Shown one piece after another: positions 18,113-27,921 of a stretch of 64,000 nt of DNA. Position 1 is the stretch's first letter. Each line of letters begins with the position of its first letter. The position numbers were made by a program, and so were the translations under genes. Location: the IMG/VR virus record IMGVR_UViG_3300025326_000022; one strand, written 5' to 3'. Under the pieces are notes generated by a model, which was given only the letters and a program-made list of their open reading frames with translations, was not told the DNA's origin and ran no database searches. Source of the DNA: an uncultured virus (IMG/VR IMGVR_UViG_3300025326_000022). Lineage: Duplodnaviria > Heunggongvirae > Uroviricota > Caudoviricetes.

Positions 18113-18463
18113 TTAGGCCGCCTTTCCGATCACTTCCTGGAAACGCCCCACGAGGTACTGACGAGCCGCTTCCGCGGTCTTCTCGTAACGGCTCAGCTCG
18201 CTGATGATCGCGTGGGCGATGACTCGACCCTGGGCGTCGGCTTCGACCAGCTGGGCCGAGAAGTCCTCGTCCTCCGAGGCTGTCTTCTGGGCTTCCATTT
18301 CCTCGTCGAAGATATCGCCTGCGGGCGTTTCGTCGAGGATCTGCTCCACCACCGCGACCCCTTCCTCACCGTACTCCTCGCGGATGTCCTCCGCGGCCTT
18401 CATGAGGCCTTCGAACGTGGCGTCGTTGTGGGCTCCATAGATCTCAAAAATGTAGTCGTTCAT
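18113..18463 (-). CDS. acidic putative head protein (K-x-A motifs)
   Basis: 116 aa, AGGAG RBS. Confidence 0.65.
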   Translation of the reverse strand: MNDYIFEIYGAHNDATFEGLMKAAEDIREEYGEEGVAVVEQILDETPAGDIFDEEMEAQKTASEDEDFSAQLVEADAQGRVIAHAIISELSRYEKTAEAARQYLVGRFQEVIGKAA

Positions 18464-18468
18464 CGTCC

Positions 18469-19875
18469 TTACTCCTGCAAAACGGTTAATGTTGGAAGGT
18501 AACCCCCGCGAACCAATGCCTCGAAAACGTCCCGTGGCTGATCCACTTGCGCTGCCTTCGTTACCAACGGTATATCACGACCCAGTACCCGCGTCAAGGT
18601 TCCGGCATCCCGGTGGACCCATCGGGCTGCCGTGCCATCCAGTAGATACTGCTCCGCGGTCTTGCGGTAGGCTCCATACCCATAGTGGATAGATTCCGGG
18701 ATCCCCTGGCTACCGCCAGATGCCCGTTTCACCATGCCGCCAGGCCGATCCAGCCGGTTGGAGAACGCCGGGATATAGATGGATCGGCCACCAACGTCGT
18801 CGAGCCAATCCCCGGGACCCAAGGGTACGAAAGGCCATGGCATCTCGGCCACCACGTCATAGATAGGAAAGGTGGAACGTGACTCCATGGCCATCGAGGC
18901 GGCGGCCGCCTTACCCTCCCGGGCAAACTGAAGGGCTGCGAACTCATGGGGTCGCAACAGAATCCCCAGGCCCGTGAGGGCCGAGAACACGTTGACCAAC
19001 GGGTTGGACGCCGCCTTCATGAGCTTTCGCAAGGATAGATCAGGGTCTTGGTCTGTCCGGAGGGTCGCGGCGTATTCCCCTTTTCTCAACACCCGGAGCC
19101 CACCCATGGGGGTCATGGGGATCTGCTTCATGATGTCGGCTACTTTCAATTCAGGGAGTTCCTCCGCCACTTTCATCAAAACCCTGGCGGCACGATCCGC
19201 TGGACTGGAGACCAAGGAGATGTCGTGGAACACCGGATACTTGTTGAACATCCTGACTCGACGACCGTCAGGCAGGATTTCAAGCCGGTGGTTCTTGAGA
19301 TGATCACAGTATTGCAAGACGTTCGTGGCCTTGTTTCCACAGATCGAGCAAGAATCGTGCGGAACTCGAGTACCCATCGATACGGCTGGAAGCTCTCCTT
19401 GTTCCAGGGCGTCGGCAAAGTAGGGAGCCCCCTCGTCGCGTAGCCTCTGGAGGTTAAACTTGGCGATCAACTCGACCCGGCCCATCGGAGTGCTGTAAGC
19501 CGAGAGCAAGACCCGGCCAGTCCAACGGTCAGGTGAGTTCCGGTGATGCACGTACCCCTGGGCCTTCTTCTCAAAAGACTTGAACCCCCAGGCGGCGCTC
19601 TTGTCCATCGGGACCAGGTCTTCCAACAGGAACGAATCGGCCTTTCGGTTGGGACCCCAGACCTCATCGGTGCCGAGCGCATGGATCAACAGGGTGTACC
19701 ACCCCTCCTCGGGCTTGGCCTTGTTGATGAAGCTCTGGAGCGCGGGCACGTGGGCAAGGCTTGAGGCCACCTTGTCCATCGAGCCCCCGTGGCCAAACAG
19801 CGGCTCGACCGGCCGCTCATCCGGCCGAACACACCAAGGTTCGAAGACCTTGCCCTCGACCGCGAACGATTCCAT
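18469..19875 (-). CDS. putative prohead maturation protease
   Basis: HH...VSMG (catalytic His/Ser candidates), CSICGN...CDHL zinc insert, DISLVSSPAD: HK97/assemblin-like pattern. Confidence 0.75.
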   Translation of the reverse strand: MESFAVEGKVFEPWCVRPDERPVEPLFGHGGSMDKVASSLAHVPALQSFINKAKPEEGWYTLLIHALGTDEVWGPNRKADSFLLEDLVPMDKSAAWGFKSFEKKAQGYVHHRNSPDRWTGRVLLSAYSTPMGRVELIAKFNLQRLRDEGAPYFADALEQGELPAVSMGTRVPHDSCSICGNKATNVLQYCDHLKNHRLEILPDGRRVRMFNKYPVFHDISLVSSPADRAARVLMKVAEELPELKVADIMKQIPMTPMGGLRVLRKGEYAATLRTDQDPDLSLRKLMKAASNPLVNVFSALTGLGILLRPHEFAALQFAREGKAAAASMAMESRSTFPIYDVVAEMPWPFVPLGPGDWLDDVGGRSIYIPAFSNRLDRPGGMVKRASGGSQGIPESIHYGYGAYRKTAEQYLLDGTAARWVHRDAGTLTRVLGRDIPLVTKAAQVDQPRDVFEALVRGGYLPTLTVLQE

Positions 19876-19878
19876 CGG

Positions 19879-20259
19879 TTATTTCCTGAAGAACTTGGGA
19901 CCCGCGGACTCGACGTCTCGCAACGTCTTGATGGTTTCGTGGCTGTAGGCGCCGGGCGACTGGACCAGCTTGTGGACCAGGTTCCACGAAGCAATGGGGT
20001 CCTTGGCTACCGAGGGGCTATGGCGCAGGACCCCCTCGTAGTATTTCTCGGCCAGTTTCTTGTCTTTGGGTGGAAGGTTCTTATACTGCTCACCCCCATG
20101 CTCCTGCATGGCGGCAAAGCCCTTCTTCTTACTCGGCTTCCCGGCCCGCCAGGCCAACAACGCGGCCGCCGGCAGGGCCGCCGCAACCCCGAGGCGCACG
20201 AGCCCTTGGGTCACGTGGCCGCCAGTCGACATCTCGGACGATCGTTTCGCCAGGCTCAT
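19879..20259 (-). CDS. hypothetical virion protein with hydrophobic segment
   Basis: 126 aa; LGVAAALPAAALLAW. Confidence 0.6.
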   Translation of the reverse strand: MSLAKRSSEMSTGGHVTQGLVRLGVAAALPAAALLAWRAGKPSKKKGFAAMQEHGGEQYKNLPPKDKKLAEKYYEGVLRHSPSVAKDPIASWNLVHKLVQSPGAYSHETIKTLRDVESAGPKFFRK

Positions 20260-21425
20260 GCCATACTCCCGATAGTGTCGCGCAAGGCTTTGATCCGCTG
20301 GTACCGCTCCAGAAATGGACTCGTGATCCCTTGCTTTATCCCCCGGGCCGCCGCGGCCCCAGGGCGAAGTTTACCGCCTTCAAGCAGATTCTTGGCTCCC
20401 TCGACCGCGGTCCCCAGCACCACGCCGGATCGAATGTCCTTCCGTAGCCCCAGGGGGGTCATCTGGCGGAACTCTTCCCCTGCCCCCCGGGCCGTCGCGC
20501 CCACGAGCCCCACGCCTTTACCAGTAGCACGGGCAACCTGACGAGTCGTATGCCCCGGGACCTTCAGGATCTTGGCCGCCATGTCCTTGACCCCCGCGAG
20601 CTTCTGGTGTTCCGCTTCCTTGGCCCTGTACCCCTGGACCAAGGTGTTGAGGTCCATCAGCCCCTGGACAATGGGATGCCCCTGGTCCAACTGTCCCGAG
20701 GTTACCTCGACGTCCAGATGCTCCAACCGTGGGAGCAGACCCTTGGCTACAGCACCATAGTCTTCCGCCAGCTTTTCAACCGCCGGGCCCCCGAGGCAAC
20801 AGATCGCGGCCGCCAGGAATTCGACCTGATCTTCCTCAGACGCCAGCTTGCCCCATTCCTCCTTGACCCCATGGAGACGACTCCGCACCTTGGCCTCCAG
20901 GTACTCGATCTCGCCTGCCAACGACGCGAGTTTCTCAACCCGTTGGTTCTCTTGGATCAACCGGTTGGGTTCCGGCTCAAGCTCCGCGGTCTTGACGACT
21001 TCGACCGGCCGATCGGTCCGCTGGGCCACGAGGATCTGGACATAGTCGGGAATCAGGTGAAGCTGGTGGTAGGCACCGAAATCCAACAGATCAGACCCTT
21101 GCTTCGCGAGATCCTGCGGTTCGTCCTCCAGCCCCATGGCCATGACCACCCCCTCGACCGTCGCGACGGGGAAAGTGAACAACTGGTCGCTCGACGTCTT
21201 GGACATCGTGGCGTTGATCTGGTGGTTCGACAGTTCCACGACCCGGTGGATCTGCTCGGCCGAAAACCCGGCCCCACGGGCCAACAGGGCGATCGATACG
21301 TTGGGATCAACCTGACCCTCGAGATAAGCGTCCGCTACCTTGGCGGCCATGCCCTCGTACATCAAGGGGGTGGCTTTCGCTGGTATACTGACGAAATCGA
21401 GAACTGACGACGCCTTCTTGATCAT
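20256..21425 (-). CDS. putative internal head protein (K-x-A rich)
   Basis: KKAS, KVAD, KTAE, KLAS x2, KLAE, KLAG; TACTGT-N7-ATG. Confidence 0.65.
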   Translation of the reverse strand: MIKKASSVLDFVSIPAKATPLMYEGMAAKVADAYLEGQVDPNVSIALLARGAGFSAEQIHRVVELSNHQINATMSKTSSDQLFTFPVATVEGVVMAMGLEDEPQDLAKQGSDLLDFGAYHQLHLIPDYVQILVAQRTDRPVEVVKTAELEPEPNRLIQENQRVEKLASLAGEIEYLEAKVRSRLHGVKEEWGKLASEEDQVEFLAAAICCLGGPAVEKLAEDYGAVAKGLLPRLEHLDVEVTSGQLDQGHPIVQGLMDLNTLVQGYRAKEAEHQKLAGVKDMAAKILKVPGHTTRQVARATGKGVGLVGATARGAGEEFRQMTPLGLRKDIRSGVVLGTAVEGAKNLLEGGKLRPGAAAARGIKQGITSPFLERYQRIKALRDTIGSMA

Positions 21426-21440
21426 CGACTCCACAGTACC

Positions 21441-21929
21441 ATGAGCCAGCCGATCGTGCCAATAGCCCGAAAATCAAGGGCACGGGTCCGGACCATCATG
21501 ACGGACACCGACCGGCCCACGAGACAACTCAATGACGGGGTCTTGATCGCCACGATGGACTCGACCACGTGGTATGAAATGTACCGGGAACTTCAACAAA
21601 TCAAACTATTGTTGGGTATCTCGTCCCTCGACCTCAGGTGCCAGGGGGACGAACTCGTGTTCCTGATCGACCTCTTGATGACCAACATGATCAAGCAATT
21701 GGATCTCACGCAACTTTGCAGCCTGTTGGCCGGAACCTCGCGGGTAGACTTCACGATATTGCAGCGGTACTGGGGGATGCCCCACCAGCCCCACCAGGTG
21801 GCGGCCAAGCTATTCAACCTCTTGACCCAAGGGCCCAACCAGATGATCGACAAGTTCGCCACCCTGGCGATCGTGAACCTCAGGTCCATGGACTCGAGAG
21901 TACCACTCCAGGTTCCAATCAGCCGTTAG
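21441..21929 (+). CDS. hypothetical protein
   Basis: Only plus-strand gene filling the gap within the minus-strand module. Confidence 0.55.
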   Translation: MSQPIVPIARKSRARVRTIMTDTDRPTRQLNDGVLIATMDSTTWYEMYRELQQIKLLLGISSLDLRCQGDELVFLIDLLMTNMIKQLDLTQLCSLLAGTSRVDFTILQRYWGMPHQPHQVAAKLFNLLTQGPNQMIDKFATLAIVNLRSMDSRVPLQVPISR

Positions 21930-22914
21930 CCCTGAGGGCCTCCTTCCAGTCGCTGTAGTAGTAGTCGAGCTTCTGGATCACGAGGTCATCCTTTTGGCGG
22001 CACACCCACCGGTAGAAGGCTCGGAACCTCTGGTCCCAATCCTGGTGCATCGTGACGTTGGCGACGACGTCGCCCATAGCCTCCAGTTCCCGGTTGTTCC
22101 GTGGAAGCACCCGGAGGAGATCGTGCTGCTTCGCCACCTCGATCATGGTGTTGGTGATGGTCAACAACACCACCCTAGCGCATAGATCGGTCATGTGGCC
22201 CGGGGTCCCCTTGAGGACCCAGCTGACCTGGAGCTTGGATGGATCCCGGTAGTAGGACTTCTGGACGATGAAGTTGTTCAACTGGTAGGCCAGGGCCTCC
22301 TGGGCCAAGAGCTTGTCCTTAAGGTCTTGCTCAAGATCCCGGGGGATCTGGGGTTCCGATGAAGGTAGTTGCAGTAGCTTGCCCCCGGGCCGCAGGCCAG
22401 ATCCATCCCCTCCGGCTCCTGGAAAGGCGAGGGCCGGGGGCTCTTGGCCCCTTTCTTCCACCTTCTCTTCCTCTTCTTCTCTTAATATGTGAGCAGTTTC
22501 TGCTCGGGTTTTTGTGCCAAACTGAGCAGTTTTCGATCGGCTATGTGAGCATTTTTCGATCAGGTCGGGTGAGCAGTTTCTGATCACGTCTGTGCGTTTG
22601 AGTGCATCGGATGCCTGGTCCAACGTGAGGATCTGGAGGTAGTAGGCTCCATCCTTCGGAAGCACCAACCCCATGGATACCAGGCCCTCCATCCCCAAGC
22701 CGGTGGTCCGGCGGGTCATGCCACACATCTTAGCTATCCGGGAGATCGACAACCTTGCAGGATGCCCTGTGTCCATTGATTGGTTCCTGGCCAAGGCCCC
22801 CAGGATCTTGATCTGGTTGCCCGACAGAACCTTCCAGAACATGTCGAAGAACTCTACCGTGGTGCCGAAAAACACGGATCCTTTAGGTAAGTAGCGGGTC
22901 ATGGCGATGGGCAT
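21919..22914 (-). CDS. putative replication initiator / winged-HTH protein
   Basis: N-terminal HTH (LSISRIAKMCGMTRRTTGLGMEGLVSMGLV); linker encoded by iteron-like repeats; GGAG RBS. Confidence 0.65.
   Translation of the reverse strand: MPIAMTRYLPKGSVFFGTTVEFFDMFWKVLSGNQIKILGALARNQSMDTGHPARLSISRIAKMCGMTRRTTGLGMEGLVSMGLVLPKDGAYYLQILTLDQASDALKRTDVIRNCSPDLIEKCSHSRSKTAQFGTKTRAETAHILREEEEEKVEERGQEPPALAFPGAGGDGSGLRPGGKLLQLPSSEPQIPRDLEQDLKDKLLAQEALAYQLNNFIVQKSYYRDPSKLQVSWVLKGTPGHMTDLCARVVLLTITNTMIEVAKQHDLLRVLPRNNRELEAMGDVVANVTMHQDWDQRFRAFYRWVCRQKDDLVIQKLDYYYSDWKEALRANG
22490..22585. repeat. four iteron-like direct repeats, candidate origin
   Basis: TGAGCA(G/T)TTT(C/T) at 22490, 22523, 22546, 22570, three continuing to GATC; adjacent pyrimidine tract 22451-22483. 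Confidence 0.8.
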
Positions 22915-22941
22915 GTTGAACTCCAGGGGTGTGGGGTTGGG

Positions 22942-24609
22942 TCATATGAAATCGTCTTCATCTTCGAGCTGGTCGTTGTGGATGATCTGGATATCCTTCC
23001 GCATCATCCGGGCGACCAGGAAACAATAGTTGAGCGAATGGATCGCGTCGTCAGGACGCAAGGGGGAGTGAGTATATAGGATTCTCCCGAGTTTGTCCGT
23101 CGCGACCGCGACGTTGAGGAAATCTTGGCCGAACTCCTCGACGTATCCTTCAAACACCTCGATGGTCTGGGACTTCATTGCTTCGAACAGGTGGGTCATG
23201 GACTCGGTGCGGCTCACGATGTACTTCTTGAGATTCCGGTTCCACTTGATCAGGGCCTTCTGGCCATGGGCGTAGACGAACTCCGAACACTTGGGAAAAT
23301 CGGTCCTGATCCTGGTGTTCTGGCTCCACCCGGCCCCGAAGTCCAGTCCCATGAACACGACACGAAATTTCTTAGCAATTTCAAGAATGTAGCGCACCTG
23401 GTACAAAGGGTTTACCTCGTGCCCTACCTTGAACCTCTTGCAGAAGATGACCTGAAACTTACCGTGTTGATTCCACCCCCCGATCGTCACGACGGTATAG
23501 CTGATGTCCCCGTAGCCCCAATCGACCCCCATGATTGGCTGTGGGATGTACTGCTGGTCCACCGACATGGGGAGCCGGTTGGCAGCCCGCCGGAGATCCG
23601 ACGTCGTGATGGGTTTGACCCCAAGTTCGTAGCTGCGGCCCAGGATCTCGTTGCTGATCCTGGCGTTACTGTAGGTCTTGAGTTTGTTGTACAGTTCATC
23701 CCAGTGGTCCAGAACCATCGGGTTGATAACCTGGGGGATTCGGTACCCGATGTACATGTCTTTCTTGCCAGGGGCCTGGTGGACCCATTGGCCCTCCAGG
23801 ACGTTGAGATTCTGTTGACATTTAGAACAAATGGGTCCTGTGGTCCCGATGTTCTCGATCTCCATGATGTTCTCATGGCCCTTGGGGCACCGGGTTACCC
23901 ATTCGCCTTGCGTCGAGTAATCAGCCCAATAGGACCCGATCAGGCAGTCCGGAGTATTGGCTGTCCCGGTGATCAAGATCCTGCGGCCGAACCGGTCATG
24001 GTGCGAGTGCGTCAGGGTCTCCTGGAGGACAGGCAAGTGGCTCGGGATCATCTCCTGGGCCTCGTCGACCAACAGTTGGTCCGACGGGATCCCGCGGGCC
24101 GAATCGGCCGTCAGGTAGGCAGAGCGCAGCAACACAGACGAGCCGTTGGAGAACTCCTTGTGGTACAGGTTATCCACCACCTCCTTGCCCAACAGTTCGC
24201 GCAACAGGGGACTGGCCCGTAGGGTGCCGTCGAGCTTGTCATAGGCGAATGTCCGGGTGTGCTTGTCTGTTGGCGCGACGTACAGGGTTCGGAATCCCCG
24301 GAGCCCGTCGAGTTGCGCTACCGCAGGGAGTAGCATCATGTTTGATAAAAACGAGCTTTTTTCTATCTGACGGCCCCCAATGACAACCATGCGCTTGTGC
24401 CATCGGTCGTACAGTGGATACAGGTACGGCCTGCGGGTAAAGGTGAAGGGCATCCCGCCGCCATCCCGCAGCCGGATGATCTTGACCGCAAGGCTAGATG
24501 GAAGTTGCTCCACCACCTGGACGTCGGTGGTGGCGTTGGGATCAGGTGGAGGCTTCCATCGATGCAGCGGTTTAGGGCTTTCCTGCCAACTTCTCGGCTC
24601 GCGCAACAA
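22942..24609 (-). CDS. terL: terminase large subunit (lambda gpA-like)
   Basis: GGRQIEKS Walker A, LLVDE Walker B, ITGTA, zinc motif, GVDWG and PDDAIHS nuclease motifs. Confidence 0.9.
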   Translation of the reverse strand: MLREPRSWQESPKPLHRWKPPPDPNATTDVQVVEQLPSSLAVKIIRLRDGGGMPFTFTRRPYLYPLYDRWHKRMVVIGGRQIEKSSFLSNMMLLPAVAQLDGLRGFRTLYVAPTDKHTRTFAYDKLDGTLRASPLLRELLGKEVVDNLYHKEFSNGSSVLLRSAYLTADSARGIPSDQLLVDEAQEMIPSHLPVLQETLTHSHHDRFGRRILITGTANTPDCLIGSYWADYSTQGEWVTRCPKGHENIMEIENIGTTGPICSKCQQNLNVLEGQWVHQAPGKKDMYIGYRIPQVINPMVLDHWDELYNKLKTYSNARISNEILGRSYELGVKPITTSDLRRAANRLPMSVDQQYIPQPIMGVDWGYGDISYTVVTIGGWNQHGKFQVIFCKRFKVGHEVNPLYQVRYILEIAKKFRVVFMGLDFGAGWSQNTRIRTDFPKCSEFVYAHGQKALIKWNRNLKKYIVSRTESMTHLFEAMKSQTIEVFEGYVEEFGQDFLNVAVATDKLGRILYTHSPLRPDDAIHSLNYCFLVARMMRKDIQIIHNDQLEDEDDFI

Positions 24610-25117
24610 TTGCTCCCGCGATGCGCTCGAGCACCAGGTTGGGGTCGAGCAAAATTGCCCCGGTCCCCACGCTGAACCACACCATTGGAACCGGGTTTTT
24701 GTGTTTCCGATCCGTCATCCTGCCGTTGGATCCACGGAAGTACTGGATGGCGCCCGAGGGATCTCGCCAATAGGCCATGACCCTTGTGTCAAGCCGGTGG
24801 CCCGAGGGGCTCACGCCCTCTTCCTCATGAAATTCAGCGTCCACCTGGACCGACTTGCCCAACACCTCGATGACCGCCCCCTCCATGGCCTTGGCAAACG
24901 TCTGGTTGTCGGGCAGGAAGGTCTCGTAGTCCGGAACCCTGGGAAAAATATGGAATTGAAACTTGTTCGTCGGGGCATCGTACTTGTAGTCCACGACCAC
25001 GTGGGGACCAGCTTTATGGAAATATGACCCCACCAGGCTGGCCGCCTGGTTGGCAATCGAGGACACGGGGATCCCCCCGACCTCAAGGCTTCGTTGAACT
25101 TGCAGGTGTTGCGTCAC
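24572..25117 (-). CDS. hypothetical protein
   Basis: 181-aa ORF coupled to neighbours. Confidence 0.6.
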   Translation of the reverse strand: MTQHLQVQRSLEVGGIPVSSIANQAASLVGSYFHKAGPHVVVDYKYDAPTNKFQFHIFPRVPDYETFLPDNQTFAKAMEGAVIEVLGKSVQVDAEFHEEEGVSPSGHRLDTRVMAYWRDPSGAIQYFRGSNGRMTDRKHKNPVPMVWFSVGTGAILLDPNLVLERIAGAIVARAEKLAGKP

Positions 25118-25881
25118 AGAACCTCCAGGGGACTTGCGTTTTCAGTCATCAACTTTACGATCAAGGTGTCTTCAGGTTTTTTGAAATGATCGCTATGGTC
25201 AAACGTCTTGACGGATGAGAGGAATCCCGAGAGAGATTTGATCCCCTCGCGATCCGTCCGGATGGGTAATGATTCTAGCGTAACGAGCCAAGTTTGCAAC
25301 CCGCGGATGTAGGCAGTCTCCTGAATGGTTCTGCCGGTACTATACCGAAGCCTCAAGGCGAATTCCAAAAACGTGGGCTCGAGCCCCAGGAGGGAATACC
25401 GGAGCCACCCACACTTCAGCGTGAGGTAGTAGATGTCCCGGGCTTTGAGAATCCGGGGGTTAAAAAAATACCTACGGTACGCCGTGATGTCCTGGAGCTT
25501 GACCGCGTGGGGATGGGTGATGGACCGGTTGATCGCACCCGCGACCTCGTCGTCGGTGTACCCGTTGAGCAACAAGGCTTCGATCGGGTTACGGAACATC
25601 TGGTTGTTGACCAGCGAGTAGGCCACCTGGCACGATTCCCCTGCCCGCCGGCGCCGATGTGCTGCCCACATGTCATAGTACCCGGCCTTACGGATCGCCT
25701 GGGTAACTTGATGATGCCCTTGACCCAGGAGCCCCAGGGCCCACTCGCGCTGCTCGTCGAAATATTGATCGGTGTTGGGTGGCAGGAATACGAGGTGATC
25801 ATCCAGTGACCTGGTGATCCCACTGGCATCATGCCCGCAGAGCAAGAGGTACCGGTAGAATTCCCGCGCCGGGATCTCCAC
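25114..25881 (-). CDS. hypothetical protein (small terminase candidate by position only)
   Basis: 255-aa ORF two genes upstream of terL. Confidence 0.55.
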   Translation of the reverse strand: MEIPAREFYRYLLLCGHDASGITRSLDDHLVFLPPNTDQYFDEQREWALGLLGQGHHQVTQAIRKAGYYDMWAAHRRRRAGESCQVAYSLVNNQMFRNPIEALLLNGYTDDEVAGAINRSITHPHAVKLQDITAYRRYFFNPRILKARDIYYLTLKCGWLRYSLLGLEPTFLEFALRLRYSTGRTIQETAYIRGLQTWLVTLESLPIRTDREGIKSLSGFLSSVKTFDHSDHFKKPEDTLIVKLMTENASPLEVL

Positions 25882-25887
25882 GGCGGC

Positions 25888-27912
25888 TCATCGATAAAGC
25901 CCCTGGAGCGAGATTGCCCGCAGGGAGTCGATAATGGGTTGCATCCGGGTCATCACCACCTTGGCCGGGCCCTCGGGGATCTCGTGCATCCCCAGGCGGC
26001 TCAGGAGTAGCAACCGTGCAACCTTCTGTCGCGCTCGCTCCAGGTCCTGGGCCATCGAGTTGTAGTCATTCTCGATCTCGGTATCCAGGAGCCCAAGCCC
26101 CAGGACAGCGTCGACACTGTTGGGATCGTCCAGCATGGCCGCGGCCTTGAGGAATTCGATGTCTACCCAGGGGATCTCCACCGAGACCTTGCCCCTCGGG
26201 ACAAGGGTACGGCACCCCGTGAGTTCCACGAGCCCCTCGTCCGCCACCTTGTCCAACACGGTCTCGACCTGATTGGCCGGCACCCCGGTGGCCAGCAAGA
26301 CCAGCGCGGTATCATCTGAATCCAATGGTTCGGTCACGATCGAGGAAACCGCCTGGCCCTCGAGAGCAAACAGGTTACTCGCCAGCTTCATGACCTTGAC
26401 CGTCGGGTCCACCCGCAGGGGGGCGAACGGCCGAAACCTTGTATCCCCAAGTGGAACCCACTTGAAAAATGCCGGAACCGTGAGGACCTGGGTCTCGGGG
26501 CTATAGATGGGACTCCGGAGCCCCTGGGCCACGTAGACCTTGAGGCTCGTGTCCATCGGGAACCCGCGGGACGCCACTCCAGACTCGTGGACTGTGCAGA
26601 AGTAGCATGTCCCTTCCTTGGCCTTGGCAATAGACCGGACGGTCATGGGGACCATGGCGACAAGTCCTTTTTCACCTTCCGCAAGGAAGAAACCAGTGCC
26701 CTGGGGCACCCCACCTTTCATGTCCTGGAGTTCCCGGCCCACGGAGCAATAGAGTGTCGACTCCATGGCCCAGGATTGACGCTTGGCATCGACAAACAGA
26801 CTCTTGCCCGTGGGGTTACCGTCAAGGTCCACCACCGTGGAGACCAAGAACCCAACTTTCTGATCCTGGCCGTCCTGCAGGGTCGCGGCGCAGACCGCCG
26901 GGTATTCGAACTTCACGGTGGTGGCGTTCGACGATTTAATCGTGGCCGTGGGCTTGAGGCTGCAGAACATCCCGTTGCCAATGTCCGTGCCCCCGGGGAT
27001 GTCGATCGAAGCCCTGCGGGTAAAGCTAAACCCCGTGGGGTCGGTGGCCCGGACGGTGGCTCCATCAACCCCTTGGAGCACCTGGACCACTGGCCCCCGG
27101 ACCGGCGGGACTCCTGAGGACGTCCCGGCCAACGCCTCGATCAAAGGCCCCAGGATATCGGCCAGCCCAGGCTCCTGGGCGACCTTCTCCTGCAGGATCT
27201 TGACCTTCTGGGGGTTCACATAAGCAGCCCCCTTGGAAAACCGGTCTGAAAACGGCACACCTGTGAAATCGGACAACATCTCAAGTTCCTCAACCCCAAG
27301 ACGCTGGGCCTTGTAGAAAAACTTGGCATCGTCGAGACGACTGTCTTCCGCCAGCTTGACACCCCCCATCATGGCGGACCCCATGTCCATGCCCCCGGAC
27401 CCAAAAAAGAACGTACGGGACGGTGGCCATAGGTACCCAATGAGCGTGGGGTCGGACGAAATCCGGCCCGTATACTTGCCCATCTGGGTGAGTTCCCCAG
27501 CCTTGCGTTTGAAATTGTCTTCGTCCAGGGCACAGACCGTTGATCCCGAGATGAAGATATCGAGCGGCGCGAGGGTCCCCTCGGCAATGATCAACGGGAT
27601 ACTGGCCATTACCTCCTGCTCAGCTCCTTGACTTTGTGGTCCTTGCTGGAAGGCGCTTCCGAGCTGACGCTCGGGCGAAATTGGCTGCTTGGCCGACACC
27701 AAGATGCTCCCGATCCCATACTGACGATCCGGCAACTTCTTGAGAAACTCGATCGCGATGGTAAAGTCCACGAGCCAGGGGTGCAACCGGTAGGCGTAGT
27801 CCGTGATCTCGGATTCCCAGTCCTCCGGCGGGTTGGCCAACTGGATACTGAGGCTCGCGGCCTTCTCGAACGTGTCGGTCAACTGGGGCTTGGGTTTGAA
27901 CAGGTTCGCCAT
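25888..27912 (-). CDS. putative virion structural protein (K-x-A motifs)
   Basis: 674 aa; KAAS, KLAE, KVAQ, KLAS, KVAD, KAAA. Confidence 0.65.
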   Translation of the reverse strand: MANLFKPKPQLTDTFEKAASLSIQLANPPEDWESEITDYAYRLHPWLVDFTIAIEFLKKLPDRQYGIGSILVSAKQPISPERQLGSAFQQGPQSQGAEQEVMASIPLIIAEGTLAPLDIFISGSTVCALDEDNFKRKAGELTQMGKYTGRISSDPTLIGYLWPPSRTFFFGSGGMDMGSAMMGGVKLAEDSRLDDAKFFYKAQRLGVEELEMLSDFTGVPFSDRFSKGAAYVNPQKVKILQEKVAQEPGLADILGPLIEALAGTSSGVPPVRGPVVQVLQGVDGATVRATDPTGFSFTRRASIDIPGGTDIGNGMFCSLKPTATIKSSNATTVKFEYPAVCAATLQDGQDQKVGFLVSTVVDLDGNPTGKSLFVDAKRQSWAMESTLYCSVGRELQDMKGGVPQGTGFFLAEGEKGLVAMVPMTVRSIAKAKEGTCYFCTVHESGVASRGFPMDTSLKVYVAQGLRSPIYSPETQVLTVPAFFKWVPLGDTRFRPFAPLRVDPTVKVMKLASNLFALEGQAVSSIVTEPLDSDDTALVLLATGVPANQVETVLDKVADEGLVELTGCRTLVPRGKVSVEIPWVDIEFLKAAAMLDDPNSVDAVLGLGLLDTEIENDYNSMAQDLERARQKVARLLLLSRLGMHEIPEGPAKVVMTRMQPIIDSLRAISLQGLYR

Positions 27913-27921
27913 GACTCTAGT

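Noticed and set aside
22490..22585. Repeats as a mini CRISPR array
   Set aside because: Units of 11-16 bp with very short spacers inside a coding region; fits iterons.
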